The position numbers and the translations under genes were made by a program. Source: a virus (taxonomy: Duplodnaviria; Caudoviricetes). Taken from it: 57,155 bases of DNA. The stretch's first letter is position 1; each line of letters opens with the position of its first letter. The DNA lies in IMG/VR virus record IMGVR_UViG_3300049055_000031, positions 1 to 57,155 of that record; one strand, 5' to 3'. Positions 35,504 to 44,187 of the stretch are shown here, in pieces. Below the pieces are notes generated by a model that was not told the origin of the DNA, did no database searches, and was given only the letters and a program-made list of their open reading frames with translations.

Positions 35504-36133
35504 ATGAACACCACCGCGAACCTCGCCGAAATCCCCGCCGACTCGATCCTCAAGACCGCCTCGATCATCAAGAAGATCGCATACGGCATCGCGGGCATCG
35601 GCACGCTGGCCTCATATGGCACGCAGGTCACGCTGCTCCTGAACAACGAATTCGGGATGTTCTCTTACGCCATCCCGGCCACGATCGACATGCTGGCGCT
35701 GGGCGCGGCGATGGCGCTGCAGATCCCCCGTCTCGACACGGTCTCCCGGAAGATCGCCGGTGCGATCCTCTCCGTTGCGGTTGTGGTCTCCGTGATTGCT
35801 AACGTGTGGGACGCGAAGACCGGTATCCAGGCCGCTGGCCACGCGTGGCCGGTGATCGCTTATCTGCTCGGCGAACTGCTGGCCAACCGGGTTCGGGCAT
35901 TCGCGGAGCGCCTCCAGGCCACCCAGGCCGCCGCTGCGGTTACCCCGATCGTGACCCCGGCACCGATCCCCGCTCCCGTGGTTGCACCGGTTCAGGTGGC
36001 TGCTCCACTCCCCACCGCGACGGTGACCACCCGCAAGGCTCCGGCCCAGCACACCACGCGACGCACCTCTCACGCGTCCTGCACGCACGCGGCGACCCCT
36101 CGGGACCGTGCGGTGTGCCGGGCTGCCAACTGA
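35504..36133 (+). CDS. DUF2637/Spd-like multi-TM protein with C-terminal H-x2-C-x-H-x6-R-x2-C module
   Basis: ASY..., PATID, SVIANV, AWP motifs; P/A/T linker; SHASCTHAATPRDRAVC. Confidence 0.75.
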   Translation: MNTTANLAEIPADSILKTASIIKKIAYGIAGIGTLASYGTQVTLLLNNEFGMFSYAIPATIDMLALGAAMALQIPRLDTVSRKIAGAILSVAVVVSVIANVWDAKTGIQAAGHAWPVIAYLLGELLANRVRAFAERLQATQAAAAVTPIVTPAPIPAPVVAPVQVAAPLPTATVTTRKAPAQHTTRRTSHASCTHAATPRDRAVCRAAN

Positions 36134-36138
36134 TCTGA

Positions 36139-36432
36139 TCAACGCCCCTCGGCCCTCGGGTCGGGGGGTTTCTCTTTGTCCTCACCGGAAAGCGCTTTCC
36201 TAACGCGATCCATCCAGACAGCGTACACGTCTTTTGGAATCGCGTTCAGGGCATACAACGTCTCCAACATCTCCTGGACATCGCGCGCATCGACGACCAT
36301 CAGAACAAACGCTGGTACCTCACGAGGCATCGTAACTTCGACTACCTCCTGTGGACCCTTGCGCGCGTTGAAGCATCCGTCGAGCAAGCAGATCGCCAAG
36401 GTATTGCACGTCACGCACGGCACTTCACTCAT
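36139..36432 (-). CDS. Hypothetical protein with Cys cluster
   Basis: MSEVPCVTC...C....C. Confidence 0.55.
   Translation of the reverse strand: MSEVPCVTCNTLAICLLDGCFNARKGPQEVVEVTMPREVPAFVLMVVDARDVQEMLETLYALNAIPKDVYAVWMDRVRKALSGEDKEKPPDPRAEGR
36145..36177 (+). terminator. Intrinsic terminator
   Basis: CCCCTCGGCC-CTCG-GGTCGGGGGG then TTTCTCTTT. Confidence 0.75.
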
Positions 36433-36529
36433 CTCGCTTCCCTCGCCATGAATGTGCGAGGTACGCAACTGCTGCAATGCCGAGCCACAACCCCGCGACT
36501 ATCAACAGCACTCGAACCCATCCCGGCAT
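36425..36529 (-). CDS. 34-aa single-TM peptide
   Basis: MPGWVRVLLIVAGLWLGIAAVAYLAHSWRGKRDE; SD GAAGGGG. Confidence 0.6.
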   Translation of the reverse strand: MPGWVRVLLIVAGLWLGIAAVAYLAHSWRGKRDE

Positions 36530-36550
36530 CTCGATCACCCCTTCTTGAGG

Positions 36551-36628
36551 TCAGGATATTACCCAGAGAACGATAATCCAGACTATTGCAACTACTACGA
36601 TAGTTACCTTTAGCAGTTTGATGATCAT
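36551..36628 (-). CDS. 25-aa single-TM peptide
   Basis: MIIKLLKVTIVVVAIVWIIVLWVIS; ATGA overlap. Confidence 0.5.
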   Translation of the reverse strand: MIIKLLKVTIVVVAIVWIIVLWVIS

Positions 36629-36858
36629 AGCCCTGACCACCCTTGTCTCTCCTCGTCCCAGTCGTCCAGCATCGCCTTGAACCTACGGGGGTCAACTCCG
36701 ATCGGCCACCCGCAGGGGGTCGGTACGCAGCACGATGGCCGCTGGCCGCTCTGTACGCGCTCCAGTTCACCTGCCAGCGTCCCCGGTAGGTTTTGCATCA
36801 CCGGGCGTGGTTCTCGCTTCAGACGTCCGCTCAGCGGGTCGTATTCAGGTTCCGTCAT
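36625..36858 (-). CDS. Hypothetical protein
   Basis: ATGA overlap; CCVPTPCGWP. Confidence 0.6.
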   Translation of the reverse strand: MTEPEYDPLSGRLKREPRPVMQNLPGTLAGELERVQSGQRPSCCVPTPCGWPIGVDPRRFKAMLDDWDEERQGWSGL

Positions 36859-36956
36859 TTTCTCTTACCGTCCCTCCACTCAAGCCATGCTCCTATGCCA
36901 ATCGGCACGCAGAACAGCGCGACGAATAGCAACACAGGTTGCAGCCACTCTGGCAT
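36855..36956 (-). CDS. 33-aa single-TM peptide
   Basis: MPEWLQPVLLFVALFCVPIGIGAWLEWRDGKRK; coupled on both sides. Confidence 0.55.
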   Translation of the reverse strand: MPEWLQPVLLFVALFCVPIGIGAWLEWRDGKRK

Positions 36957-37114
36957 CAGTTCACCAGCGAACTAAAGAACCCTCCGACACCCTCGAAGAT
37001 GTCGATTGCCGTTTGCCCGAGCGTACCAACGAGGTCTGCAGCCGCTCCTGGCCGGAACGCCACAAAGAACACCACGAACGCGATACCGCCCCAGACCAAC
37101 ACTTTCTTGAGCAC
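36956..37114 (-). CDS. 52-aa membrane protein resembling a small actinomycete chromosomal protein
   Basis: MLKKVLVWGGIAFVVFFVAFRPGAAADLV...GVGGFFSSLVN; SD AAGGAG. Confidence 0.7.
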   Translation of the reverse strand: MLKKVLVWGGIAFVVFFVAFRPGAAADLVGTLGQTAIDIFEGVGGFFSSLVN

Positions 37115-37123
37115 GTTCTCTCC

Positions 37124-37300
37124 TTAAATCCACTCGAGTATTTTGACGCGACATGGCTTGCACAGATGACGAATGTTCCCTCCACGGAAGTTGACCGAGA
37201 GCACATCCTCAATGCCTCCGCAGTAACCGCAATACAGGTGATCGATTTTCTCAGCCCGAACGTTGTTCAGGATCTCTTCATAATCCGGTTCCGTCATCAT
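37124..37300 (-). CDS. 58-aa zinc-ribbon protein
   Basis: CGYC...LCKPC; ATGA overlap. Confidence 0.65.
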   Translation of the reverse strand: MMTEPDYEEILNNVRAEKIDHLYCGYCGGIEDVLSVNFRGGNIRHLCKPCRVKILEWI

Positions 37301-37437
37301 CGCCCCTTCCGTTTCCTTAATTGTCCCGCTTTCCGCAACGCTATAGCAACTGCCTGTTTCTGCGGAAATCCCTCACGGCGCAGTCGCCGGATGTTGTCAC
37401 TGATTGTCTTCTTGGACCGACCCTTCTTGAGTGGCAT
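37297..37437 (-). CDS. 46-aa basic phage protein
   Basis: [34 protein letters not shown]; SD GAGGGAG. Confidence 0.8.
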   Translation of the reverse strand: MPLKKGRSKKTISDNIRRLRREGFPQKQAVAIALRKAGQLRKRKGR

Positions 37438-37628
37438 TGTCGCCCTCCCTCAACTTAACCTGAGCGCATCCTTCCAAAGCGCACTTGTGACGATCGAAGC
37501 ATGAGTGACATCTCAGAAAATCGTAGAACTCCTGCATCGCCCTTCGATCTCCCTCAGTCAGTTCACCGCGAACCCGAGCGAGCGCCATGGTTCCATCCGG
37601 CATCTCAACCGGTTCACACCTTAGCCGG

Positions 37629-37853
37629 TTATCGCGTGAGTGTGACATCTCTCTTCACTCTCCTTCCCGGGCACCGCGCCATCGGGTCGCTTCCGTCAGG
37701 TCCCATGTGGAGATGATGGTTGTGAGGCCACCAGCGCCAGCACTCGCGATGAGGCCGGTTACCCACTCTCCCTCGCTCCGGTTTGCTGAGCAACGTGTAC
37801 TCATCGCCCCAGTTGTTCCGCAGCCCCTGGCCAATCATCGGCGTATCCTCCAT
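37629..37853 (-). CDS. Hypothetical His/Cys protein
   Basis: Coupled start; H.EC...H..H...C. Confidence 0.5.
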   Translation of the reverse strand: MEDTPMIGQGLRNNWGDEYTLLSKPERGRVGNRPHRECWRWWPHNHHLHMGPDGSDPMARCPGRRVKRDVTLTR

Positions 37854-38117
37854 CAGATCTCACGCTCCACTCGTCCACAGGTCATGTCGCAGTCTGGACA
37901 CACCGCCACAGTGTAGTTCTCGTCATCCGGCTTCGGTGACAGGATCAGCACTCGCTGCCCGCGCTTCATGCACAACCGGCAAGTCCTCGATCGGTTCAAT
38001 CTCAGCAGCGGATTCCAGTTCACCATAGTCCTATCTTTCGTCCGACCCACAGGCCACCGAACAACCAGACCGCGAATCCGGCCAATACTAAGATCGCTTG
38101 AATCTGTTCCGCGCGCA

Positions 38118-38708
38118 TCACTGCAGCCCTCTCATCTCAGCTCCATCCCACGGACAGAACGACCACTTCTCCTCGCCATAACGACGACACCTGACGCATT
38201 TTCGCACATTCCTCAGCCCATTCTCTTCTCTGTTAGAACTCCTCCGTTCTAGCCACCTCTCCATCTCTCTCGTCACCTTTCGCAACTTCCTGTCTATCTC
38301 GGATTTGAACGCCAGCGCCGCCTCATCCACCACCAGTCCTCCACTGTTCACCACTCCGCCAGACCGACCCGCACCACGCATCACAAGACCACGGTCTGTA
38401 AGGCCCGTAGCGCGTCTGAAACCGTCACGACCCACACGGACATGCATCCCATCCCCAGCTCCCGTCAGCGTGGACCTCAGGTACCTTAAAGACGCCACCC
38501 AAACGCCCTCCAACGCATTCGCGAACCGTTCTCCCACCAGACGCCGCAAGTCATCATCGCCTCCCCCGCGCTTTTCACGCCTAGCATCCACCTCCCCCAG
38601 CGCAGCGTTCCATCCATCACCCCAAGCCCTCTCCACCGCAACCCGCATTTCCCGCGCAGAGAACACCTGGTCGTCATCCCACTGCTGACTGTCTCGGACC
38701 TTTTTCAC
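38118..38708 (-). CDS. Hypothetical protein with C-terminal zinc ribbon
   Basis: CVRC...WSFCPWDG; GTG start inferred just downstream of the iteron block. Confidence 0.65.
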   Translation of the reverse strand: MKKVRDSQQWDDDQVFSAREMRVAVERAWGDGWNAALGEVDARREKRGGGDDDLRRLVGERFANALEGVWVASLRYLRSTLTGAGDGMHVRVGRDGFRRATGLTDRGLVMRGAGRSGGVVNSGGLVVDEAALAFKSEIDRKLRKVTREMERWLERRSSNREENGLRNVRKCVRCRRYGEEKWSFCPWDGAEMRGLQ

Positions 38709-39010
38709 CACCAACACCCTTCCCACCGTCTCCAAAGCACGATGGTAACGACCGTCTCGGTTGTGTACCCCCCTACGGGGGGTATTACACAATCCCGAGA
38801 CAGTCGTTCCCTTACCGTGCGACCACTGTCTCGCTGACTGTCTCGCAGTTCCGAGACAGTGAGACAGTCAAACGGACTAATTGGACTTCCGCCGGTCACG
38901 ACGTTTTTTCCCCTCTGCCATCACCTGCAGGTCTGATAGCCCTTTAGGATTCACAATTTGAGGAGTGGCTTTTGTCCCGTTTCCCACTGTCTCGGAGCTT
39001 CCGAGACAGT
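38688..39010. repeat. CGAGACAGT iteron cluster plus cruciform (putative origin)
   Basis: Exact copies at 38688, 38796, 38825, 38837, 38852, 38986 and 39002 in mixed orientation; 1-mismatch copies at 38751 and 38860. Confidence 0.85.
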
Positions 39011-41063
39011 CAGTATCGTCATGGCTAGATAAAATCGGCCAGTAGCGTTTCTCGCCCCTAGGGCCATCAACGACGCGCATTGCACCTAGTACCACAGCCT
39101 CATCGATCGCGCGTTTAACTCTCTCGGCACCGTTACCCGCTCCTGCCCTCTCACGCACAACAGACCTGAGCGCACGACCGTTGTACTCACCCGGATGGTC
39201 GGCAACCAGTGACACAACCAGCGCGGTCAAACCATCCACCTTAGCCGATACAGGATCGTGTGTACCGAGCACCATACGAGAGGTCTCTTTGTCGAAATCG
39301 AGAGATCTAGGCTCCATGTCCGTCACTGACCGACCCTCGACACTGAGGAATCTCACAGCTCCTTGCCGCGTGAGCACCCATCGTGCGTCCGCCCAATCGT
39401 CTATCACAGTAGCGCCGCGTGCTCGAGCGATCCCTCCGCCCATTCCATCCGAACCGTTGTCTCCCCGGCCAGTGTGCACGAGATAGTACAGCTCTCCCAC
39501 ACCAGCAGCTTCTTTTATCTCATCCAGCCGATGCAGCAGACTCAGCACCGCGCCATTATCGTTCTCGTCCACACCAGCCATACGGCACATGCGCGCGTGA
39601 GAGTCGATGACCCACACACCGCATCCCCATTGCTTGAGCCAGTTGACTGCCCACTGCCTACCGACGTCTGTCAAGATGTTGACACCGTAACCTCTGCCGT
39701 TCAGAATGGCCAACCGAGAAGACGCGTCAGGTCCTATGGCGAGGGGGTCTATGTAACCGTCGAGATCTGTCATGCTCATTTCCAGCGACCAGAAGCCGAC
39801 GCGTGCGGACCCGCCACTGGTACCCACCTTGAACTCCTCTAGGAACGGTTCGCTCTCCACCAGCGACCGGATGAGGTTGAGGGCGAGGAGCGTTTTACCG
39901 GCTTTGTACTGCCCGGTGATGGTGACGTTCTGGCCAATGGCAGCGATGCGGTCTACGGCGAACTGGACGGGCGGACGGGGGGTTGCACAGCGGTTTGCCC
40001 ATGTGTACGACACGTCATCAGGCGGGGGTGTGAACACTCGTTGCGCGCGTATCTGCCGGGCGAGGTCTTCCACGTCCCACGTGCGCAGGCGTTTACGGGC
40101 GGATACCATGAGCGAGTCGTCAGGCTCATCGTCACTGACTACTTCGAAAACGTCCTCGACAATCTCAAGGGCTTCAATCGTCGGCTGTGTGGACAGACAC
40201 CTTGAGATATCGGTGTGGAGAGAATAACCGCGTTCCTCATCCTCTTTGTCCAAACCAGCAGGAAACTCGGCCATGAGGCTATGGATCTGATCAGCGGTCA
40301 ATCCCTTTCTAGACAGCCAACTGGCCACTTGGAACACCGCACCATGACGAGTGCCGTACCGGCCTCGTGCTTCGTCTACTTCCATCGTGCAACGGCGTTT
40401 GATCTCGCCCTTCCAGAGATGGGTGATATCCACCGTGTCATAGGCGCCATCGTTCACACCGCGCTCATCGGTGAGCACAATGTCTTTCCACGCGGGGAGG
40501 GCGAGTAGCTGAGACGATTTAGCACGGCGACGGGATACCTGACCCATGACGACACGTCCACCGCCCGGCTTGCGGTTGATGGTTCCCGGGAGCCTGAGCA
40601 GCGCGTTGTCGGTGTGTTTGGCATCAGCGCACAGGTATGCGCGTAGACCGGCGTTGAGTCGTCGCCATACGTCGAGCGTATACGTTTGGTCCATCTGCAC
40701 GTATACATGCATGTTGTCATCAGTGCCGGATGCAACTGTAAACGTATTTAACTTTTCGATGCGGCGCTTGATCACGTTGTGTTGGTCGTCTGGTACGTCT
40801 TGCCAGTCAACGTCAGCCCACAGCCAACCTAGATGAGCACCGTCATTTTTGGCTCGATCTCTACTACGCCGGAGGGCTGGACATATGAACACATCACCAT
40901 CGCGGTTAGCCTCAGCCCATTCAAGGATGTGGTTCTTATCGTCCGGCCATGGGAACACGCGCTCAGCCCATGCACCACCGGCGCCGTTCTTGGCGGCTAC
41001 CGCGACGTACCCCTTGTGTTGACTGAACAAGAGATTGAGATATTCCTCGGACTCACGAGGCAC
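38877..41063 (-). CDS. RepB-type primase fused to AAA_25/RecA-like helicase
   Basis: LWADVD, HVY, LLRLPGT primase motifs; GQYKAGKT Walker A; VIDS; ARGA. Confidence 0.88.
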   Translation of the reverse strand: MPRESEEYLNLLFSQHKGYVAVAAKNGAGGAWAERVFPWPDDKNHILEWAEANRDGDVFICPALRRSRDRAKNDGAHLGWLWADVDWQDVPDDQHNVIKRRIEKLNTFTVASGTDDNMHVYVQMDQTYTLDVWRRLNAGLRAYLCADAKHTDNALLRLPGTINRKPGGGRVVMGQVSRRRAKSSQLLALPAWKDIVLTDERGVNDGAYDTVDITHLWKGEIKRRCTMEVDEARGRYGTRHGAVFQVASWLSRKGLTADQIHSLMAEFPAGLDKEDEERGYSLHTDISRCLSTQPTIEALEIVEDVFEVVSDDEPDDSLMVSARKRLRTWDVEDLARQIRAQRVFTPPPDDVSYTWANRCATPRPPVQFAVDRIAAIGQNVTITGQYKAGKTLLALNLIRSLVESEPFLEEFKVGTSGGSARVGFWSLEMSMTDLDGYIDPLAIGPDASSRLAILNGRGYGVNILTDVGRQWAVNWLKQWGCGVWVIDSHARMCRMAGVDENDNGAVLSLLHRLDEIKEAAGVGELYYLVHTGRGDNGSDGMGGGIARARGATVIDDWADARWVLTRQGAVRFLSVEGRSVTDMEPRSLDFDKETSRMVLGTHDPVSAKVDGLTALVVSLVADHPGEYNGRALRSVVRERAGAGNGAERVKRAIDEAVVLGAMRVVDGPRGEKRYWPILSSHDDTDCLGSSETVGNGTKATPQIVNPKGLSDLQVMAEGKKRRDRRKSN

Positions 41064-41229
41064 GGCGATGCTCCCGAACAACCTCACGAACCATTTCACG
41101 CACACGGTCGCTGGCTGATCGGCCTTGGTCCTTCATCAGTTGAACGAAGATCACCCACTCCTCTCGATCAACGTTGAGAGATGTTGTTGTGCGCTCGGAT
41201 TCTATGGGAGCCAATGTGTTATGGGGCAT
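41053..41229 (-). CDS. Ribbon-helix-helix DNA-binding protein, probably leaderless
   Basis: TTTSLNVDREEW..F.......SASDRVREMV; TATATT 6 nt before ATG. Confidence 0.7.
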   Translation of the reverse strand: MPHNTLAPIESERTTTSLNVDREEWVIFVQLMKDQGRSASDRVREMVREVVREHRRAS

Positions 41230-41277
41230 CGGGTGAATATATATCCCCCGTGGGCACTCCCCATAACGCTCATTGGC
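41210..41277. promoter_or_regulatory. Divergent promoter region with large inverted repeat
   Basis: GCCAATG-n-GTTATGGGG ... CCCCATAAC-nnn-CATTGGC around a central ATATATAT. Confidence 0.7.
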
Positions 41278-41322
41278 ACGGTGTATTGTGCGGCAAATCC
41301 GAAGGGCGATAAGGAGAGCACG

Positions 41323-41499
41323 ATGGATGACGATATGTTGCTCACCGCCATATTGGCGGAAGACGTTGGAACTATAGCCAACATCGTTCAGGCAGCGAGC
41401 GAGCTTACTGGCACAATGTCTGAGCGATTGGCAAAGGGGTACTACGAACTGACGAATCGTGATCCCGGAGCGGACACCGACACCATTGGGCTGAGGTAA
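41323..41499 (+). CDS. 58-aa hypothetical protein
   Basis: SD AAGGAG before MDDDML. Confidence 0.65.
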   Translation: MDDDMLLTAILAEDVGTIANIVQAASELTGTMSERLAKGYYELTNRDPGADTDTIGLR

Positions 41500-41502
41500 C
41501 CC

Positions 41503-41955
41503 GTGCCACCAACGTTGAGAGAGCTGTTGAATGATCCGGTGTTTCGGTTGTACTACCAGAGAGTACCGAGGCTGCCGGAAAACTTGCAGTGGGGTGAGCC
41601 TTGGCAGGTGTGGGCAGTGACACACGATGGCCGGTGGGGTAGTCGTCTGTACGTTGAATACCGCGATGCCTGGGCTAAGGTGATGGACTGCTACAAGAAT
41701 CCGGCCAAGTTCCGTGATGTGTGCATCGTGAGCAGACGAATGATGTTCGATCCACCCCGGCATGCCTTCTGGCCAGCCAGCCGGTTCAATTGGTGTTCAC
41801 GATGCAGGCGGCCTAGCGAATTCCGGCAACGGTCACCGGAGCATCACGCGTTGCGCAGCCAGCCTGTATTGACGGACGATGAGCCTCGCCGCTGTTACTA
41901 CTGCGGCATCAGGAAAACCGCCATGCGGTTTTGGGTACCAGGAGAGTTGAGATGA
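41503..41955 (+). CDS. Hypothetical protein with split Cys4 zinc ribbon
   Basis: WCSRCRRP...RRCYYCG. Confidence 0.75.
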   Translation: MPPTLRELLNDPVFRLYYQRVPRLPENLQWGEPWQVWAVTHDGRWGSRLYVEYRDAWAKVMDCYKNPAKFRDVCIVSRRMMFDPPRHAFWPASRFNWCSRCRRPSEFRQRSPEHHALRSQPVLTDDEPRRCYYCGIRKTAMRFWVPGELR

Positions 41956-42122
41956 GGTACTTAAGTCCGGTGGGCCGAGGAGTGAAAATCAACCTGTGCC
42001 GTGATCCAGCACTAGTCGCCGGTTGGTGCTGGCGGTTACGCACTCAGCGTTCTGAGTGGTACCTATGGCATTACCGGTGGAGAGTCAACATAAAGCGTGT
42101 TGTGATCAGGCAGGACGGCTGA
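41952..42122 (+). CDS. 56-aa Trp/Arg-rich protein
   Basis: SD GGAGAG; coupled overlaps. Confidence 0.45.
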   Translation: MRYLSPVGRGVKINLCRDPALVAGWCWRLRTQRSEWYLWHYRWRVNIKRVVIRQDG

Positions 42123-43657
42123 TGTTAAAATATAGATTCAAGACTAAGCCGTATCAACACCAGGTGAAAGGGATCAAATTCGTCTTCCGACAATGGAGTA
42201 ATGGTTTAGGCGCCGCATTGCTCTTCGATCCGCGTACGGGCAAGACCAAGACCAGTATCGACGCGGTAAGCATTCTGCACCTCAAGCATAACGTGAAGCG
42301 AATCCTGGTCATATGCCCTAACCGGGTGATGGGTACCTGGGTCCGTGAGTTCCACAACCACTGCCCGCTGCATGCCGATGTGATCCTGTGGGATGCGAAG
42401 GGACGCCGGAGAGCACTACCGCGCAACATCTCGCCGTATGACATCCAGGTAGTAGTGGTCAACTTCGACGCGTTCTCAACTCCCGGAAAGCGCTTACCCA
42501 GTGGACGACGATCGCGCAAGACCGGACGCTTCGCAGTGAGGAAAAAGATCAGGGAATGGATTGGAGATCAGCCTGCCGCTGCTATTGTGGACGAAGGACA
42601 TAAGATCAAGTCTCCATCAGGCAAAGCGTCAATGGCCATCGTGTCTATGCGTGACGACTTCGAGTACCGGTTGCTGCTGACCGGCACGCCGACTACCAAA
42701 GCACACCGCCTCCATGACGTATACATGCAGTGGCAGTGGGTCAACCCGCGTCGGTTCGCTAGGTGGGGTCCAGACGCTACAACGTTCCGCAACCATGTCG
42801 GGGTGTGGACCGAACGGAACGGTTTTCCGCAGTTCTTGCGTGCCAAGCCGAAAGGGGTTGAAGATGTGCGTCACGGAATGCACAAGGACGGGATGGTGGT
42901 CCGTCGTGAGGAGTGTTTCGACCTGCCTAAGAAAATGCCTGATCAGATAATCCCCGTCACCCTTTCGGCCAAATCTCGCAAGGTATACAACGACATGGCC
43001 GAGACCATGATTGCCGAGATCGAAGAAGGTGTGATTGCTGAGGCTGCCATCCCAGTTGTGGTGTTTCTCCGGCTTCAGCAGATCACAGGGGGATTCATCG
43101 GAATCACACCGCAGGACACCGACAACGCCAGCACGGGCAATCGCCGGTTGATGTCTCGTACCCACCGGTTCGGCTCGGAGAAACTCAAGGCTCTCGAGGA
43201 GATACTGGTCGATGAGTACCTTGAGACAGACAGTGATGAGAAAGTAGTTGTGGCTGCCAAGTACGTACGCGACCTTGACGACATCACCAAACTGTGCTTC
43301 AAGCTTGAGATTCCAATGTACAGCATACGCGGGGGGTTGACTCGAGCGCATACCGACGAACAGGTGATCAAGTTCCGCAAGCATAAGGGCATGGGGTTGA
43401 TGCTCGTACAACCCGACGCGGCGTCTCTTGGTATTGACCTATCGTCGGCTCCCCGAATGATCTGGTACTCACTGACCAACTCCTGGGTTAATTGGACACA
43501 GTGCTCAGACCGTATCGCGCTGTCACCCGTGCCGACGACATGCACCTATCTACAGGTGCCTGGCAGCGTGGATCAGTTGATGTATGAGGGATTGCTCAAT
43601 GATACAAACGTAGCCAAGTACATCATGAAACGACCGAAGAAACTGAGGCTGAAGTGA
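42122..43657 (+). CDS. SNF2-family helicase/translocase
   Basis: PYQHQ, DPRTGKT, DEGH, LLTGTP, SLGIDL. Confidence 0.9.
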   Translation: MLKYRFKTKPYQHQVKGIKFVFRQWSNGLGAALLFDPRTGKTKTSIDAVSILHLKHNVKRILVICPNRVMGTWVREFHNHCPLHADVILWDAKGRRRALPRNISPYDIQVVVVNFDAFSTPGKRLPSGRRSRKTGRFAVRKKIREWIGDQPAAAIVDEGHKIKSPSGKASMAIVSMRDDFEYRLLLTGTPTTKAHRLHDVYMQWQWVNPRRFARWGPDATTFRNHVGVWTERNGFPQFLRAKPKGVEDVRHGMHKDGMVVRREECFDLPKKMPDQIIPVTLSAKSRKVYNDMAETMIAEIEEGVIAEAAIPVVVFLRLQQITGGFIGITPQDTDNASTGNRRLMSRTHRFGSEKLKALEEILVDEYLETDSDEKVVVAAKYVRDLDDITKLCFKLEIPMYSIRGGLTRAHTDEQVIKFRKHKGMGLMLVQPDAASLGIDLSSAPRMIWYSLTNSWVNWTQCSDRIALSPVPTTCTYLQVPGSVDQLMYEGLLNDTNVAKYIMKRPKKLRLK

Positions 43658-44187
43658 AGCACATCATTGTCGAAGGCCCTGATGGCTCGGGCAAAACAAC
43701 TCTCGTCGCGCACCTTGCTCACACCTTGGGTATTCCGGTGCACGAGCGTGCGTCATCGTCGAAAGGTGGTCCTCGTCCAGATCTGTATGAATGGGTGATC
43801 TGGGACGCCAAGAAGAACCACCCTCGTACGGAGGACTCATGGATCTATGATCGGTACCCGGTGATCAGCGAGCCGATATACGGCCATCACGTCCGGCATG
43901 AAATCATGGTGCCCTTTGACCAAGAACCGTTTCTCACCGAGATCAAAGACGTTCTTTACACGTCATCCGTGGTGGTGTGGTGTCTGCCCAACTTGGACAC
44001 AGTATGCCGGAACGTATACGCCAATCCCCATGACCAGATGCCCGGGGTGGTGCTGAACATAGGTAAGGTGCATCAGGCGTACATGACCGCGTATTTTCGT
44101 TGGCGTGGTCCGAAGCGCCAGTACGACTACACGCGCCATGACCTAGTCTGGTTCACCGACGAGTTGAAAAGGATGATAATTGAATGA
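43654..44187 (+). CDS. dNMP (thymidylate-type) kinase
   Basis: IIVEGPDGSGKTT P-loop; IYDRY..SE.IYG. Confidence 0.88.
   Translation: MKHIIVEGPDGSGKTTLVAHLAHTLGIPVHERASSSKGGPRPDLYEWVIWDAKKNHPRTEDSWIYDRYPVISEPIYGHHVRHEIMVPFDQEPFLTEIKDVLYTSSVVVWCLPNLDTVCRNVYANPHDQMPGVVLNIGKVHQAYMTAYFRWRGPKRQYDYTRHDLVWFTDELKRMIIE

Noticed and set aside
38688-39010. CRISPR array interpretation of the repeats
   Set aside because: Repeats are 9 bp, in mixed orientation and irregularly spaced
41170-41521. 12-nt repeat CAACGTTGAGAG at ~41170 and ~41510
   Set aside because: Only two copies, both within coding sequence; could be chance
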